This document shows, piece by piece, positions 63,513 to 64,000 of a stretch of 64,000 nt of DNA (within the stretch, counting starts at the first letter, position 1; every line of letters starts with the position of its first letter). The notes beneath the pieces were generated by a model, which worked only from the letters and a program-made list of their open reading frames with translations, was not told where the DNA came from and searched no databases. The stretch comes from an uncultured Chloroflexia bacterium (GTDB lineage Bacteria; Chloroflexota; UBA6077; JACCZL01). Made by a program: the position numbers and the translations under genes. The stretch covers positions 334,514 to 398,513 of the forward strand of contig CAVXYC010000001.1 in NCBI GenBank assembly GCA_963765765.1, read 5' to 3'.

Positions 63513-63764
63513 TCACATTTGCGCGCCGACGGCCTGGCGCCATTTGATGACGCGGCGCTCGACGAGCACGACGATGCTGTTGAGCAAAAAACCCAGCAGG
63601 CCGAACACCAGTATCGTGAAGTAGATGCGCTCGGTCTGCAGCAGCTGCTGCGATCGACCCATCGAGTAACCGAGGCCATCCTGCGCACCGACTAGCTCAA
63701 CCGCCACCAGGAAGATCAGAGACAGCGCGGCCGCGTAGCGCAGACCTGCGAAGGTGTACGGCAA
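63513..63764 (-). pseudogene. C-terminal part of an SsuC/TauC-type ABC permease; N-terminal part absent
   Basis: LPYTFAGLR.A......VAVEL.GAQDGLGY; similarity stops abruptly near 63765. Confidence 0.75.
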
Positions 63765-64000
63765 TGTCCGGCGACAACACCGGCGGCGACGCAGGCGCCA
63801 CGTCCGACAAGGGCGGGACGCCGATTTTCGCCTGGACTTCGGGGATCAACACGTACTACAAGATCGGAACGAACCCGGACGTCCATCTCGGCCCGTCACC
63901 GAGTTGTTGCTTCTACGACATGGAGGCCGCCGTGGAACGCAACGGCCAGGCGTTCATCGCCTATCACTCCAATGTCACCGACGCGAACGGGCTCTTCGTG
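63764..64000 (+). CDS. open frame running off the window end, possibly part of a secreted beta-rich protein
   Basis: No stop in SGDNTGGDAGATSDKGGTPIFAWTSG...CCFYDMEAAVERNGQAFIAYHSN; GC3-rich codons. Confidence 0.4.
   Translation, partial: MSGDNTGGDAGATSDKGGTPIFAWTSGINTYYKIGTNPDVHLGPSPSCCFYDMEAAVERNGQAFIAYHSNVTDANGLFV

Noticed and set aside
1-64000. CRISPR array or cas genes
   Set aside because: No run of direct repeats with unique spacers. All repeats found are isolated inverted pairs, and the RecB-like domain belongs to a TM0106 protein, not Cas4.

Overview
GC-rich bacterial chromosomal window. The Ala/Pro-rich lipoprotein linkers and heavy paralog expansion suggest a soil Chloroflexota-type genome (inference only). 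About 20 genes are split by single-base frameshifts, most likely long-read indel errors. The window is dominated by uptake and catabolism of aromatic/heterocyclic compounds: two phthalate-4,5-dioxygenase-type Rieske oxygenases, two phthalate cis-dihydrodiol dehydrogenase-type Gfo/Idh/MocA enzymes, a 4,5-dihydroxyphthalate decarboxylase-like protein, two bicupins, two Cys-less isochorismatase-family hydrolases, amidohydrolases, a BphD-like hydrolase and seven solute-binding proteins. The most notable accessory items are a macrodomain-SIR2 fusion (candidate NAD+-depleting defence effector), an excisionase-HTH/MEDS/PAS histidine kinase paired with a receiver-only regulator, an S8 protease divergent from a BsuPI-type inhibitor, and a TM0106 nuclease-helicase. 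Also present are tandem duplicated Tat-lipoprotein binding proteins with conserved promoters and leaders, at least six families of paired inverted (REP/REPIN-like) repeats, ISKra4-like and IS5 remnants, and an AT-richer islet near 59.3-60.7 kb. No rRNA, tRNA or CRISPR array was found. All family calls come from motif recognition; no database search was run.
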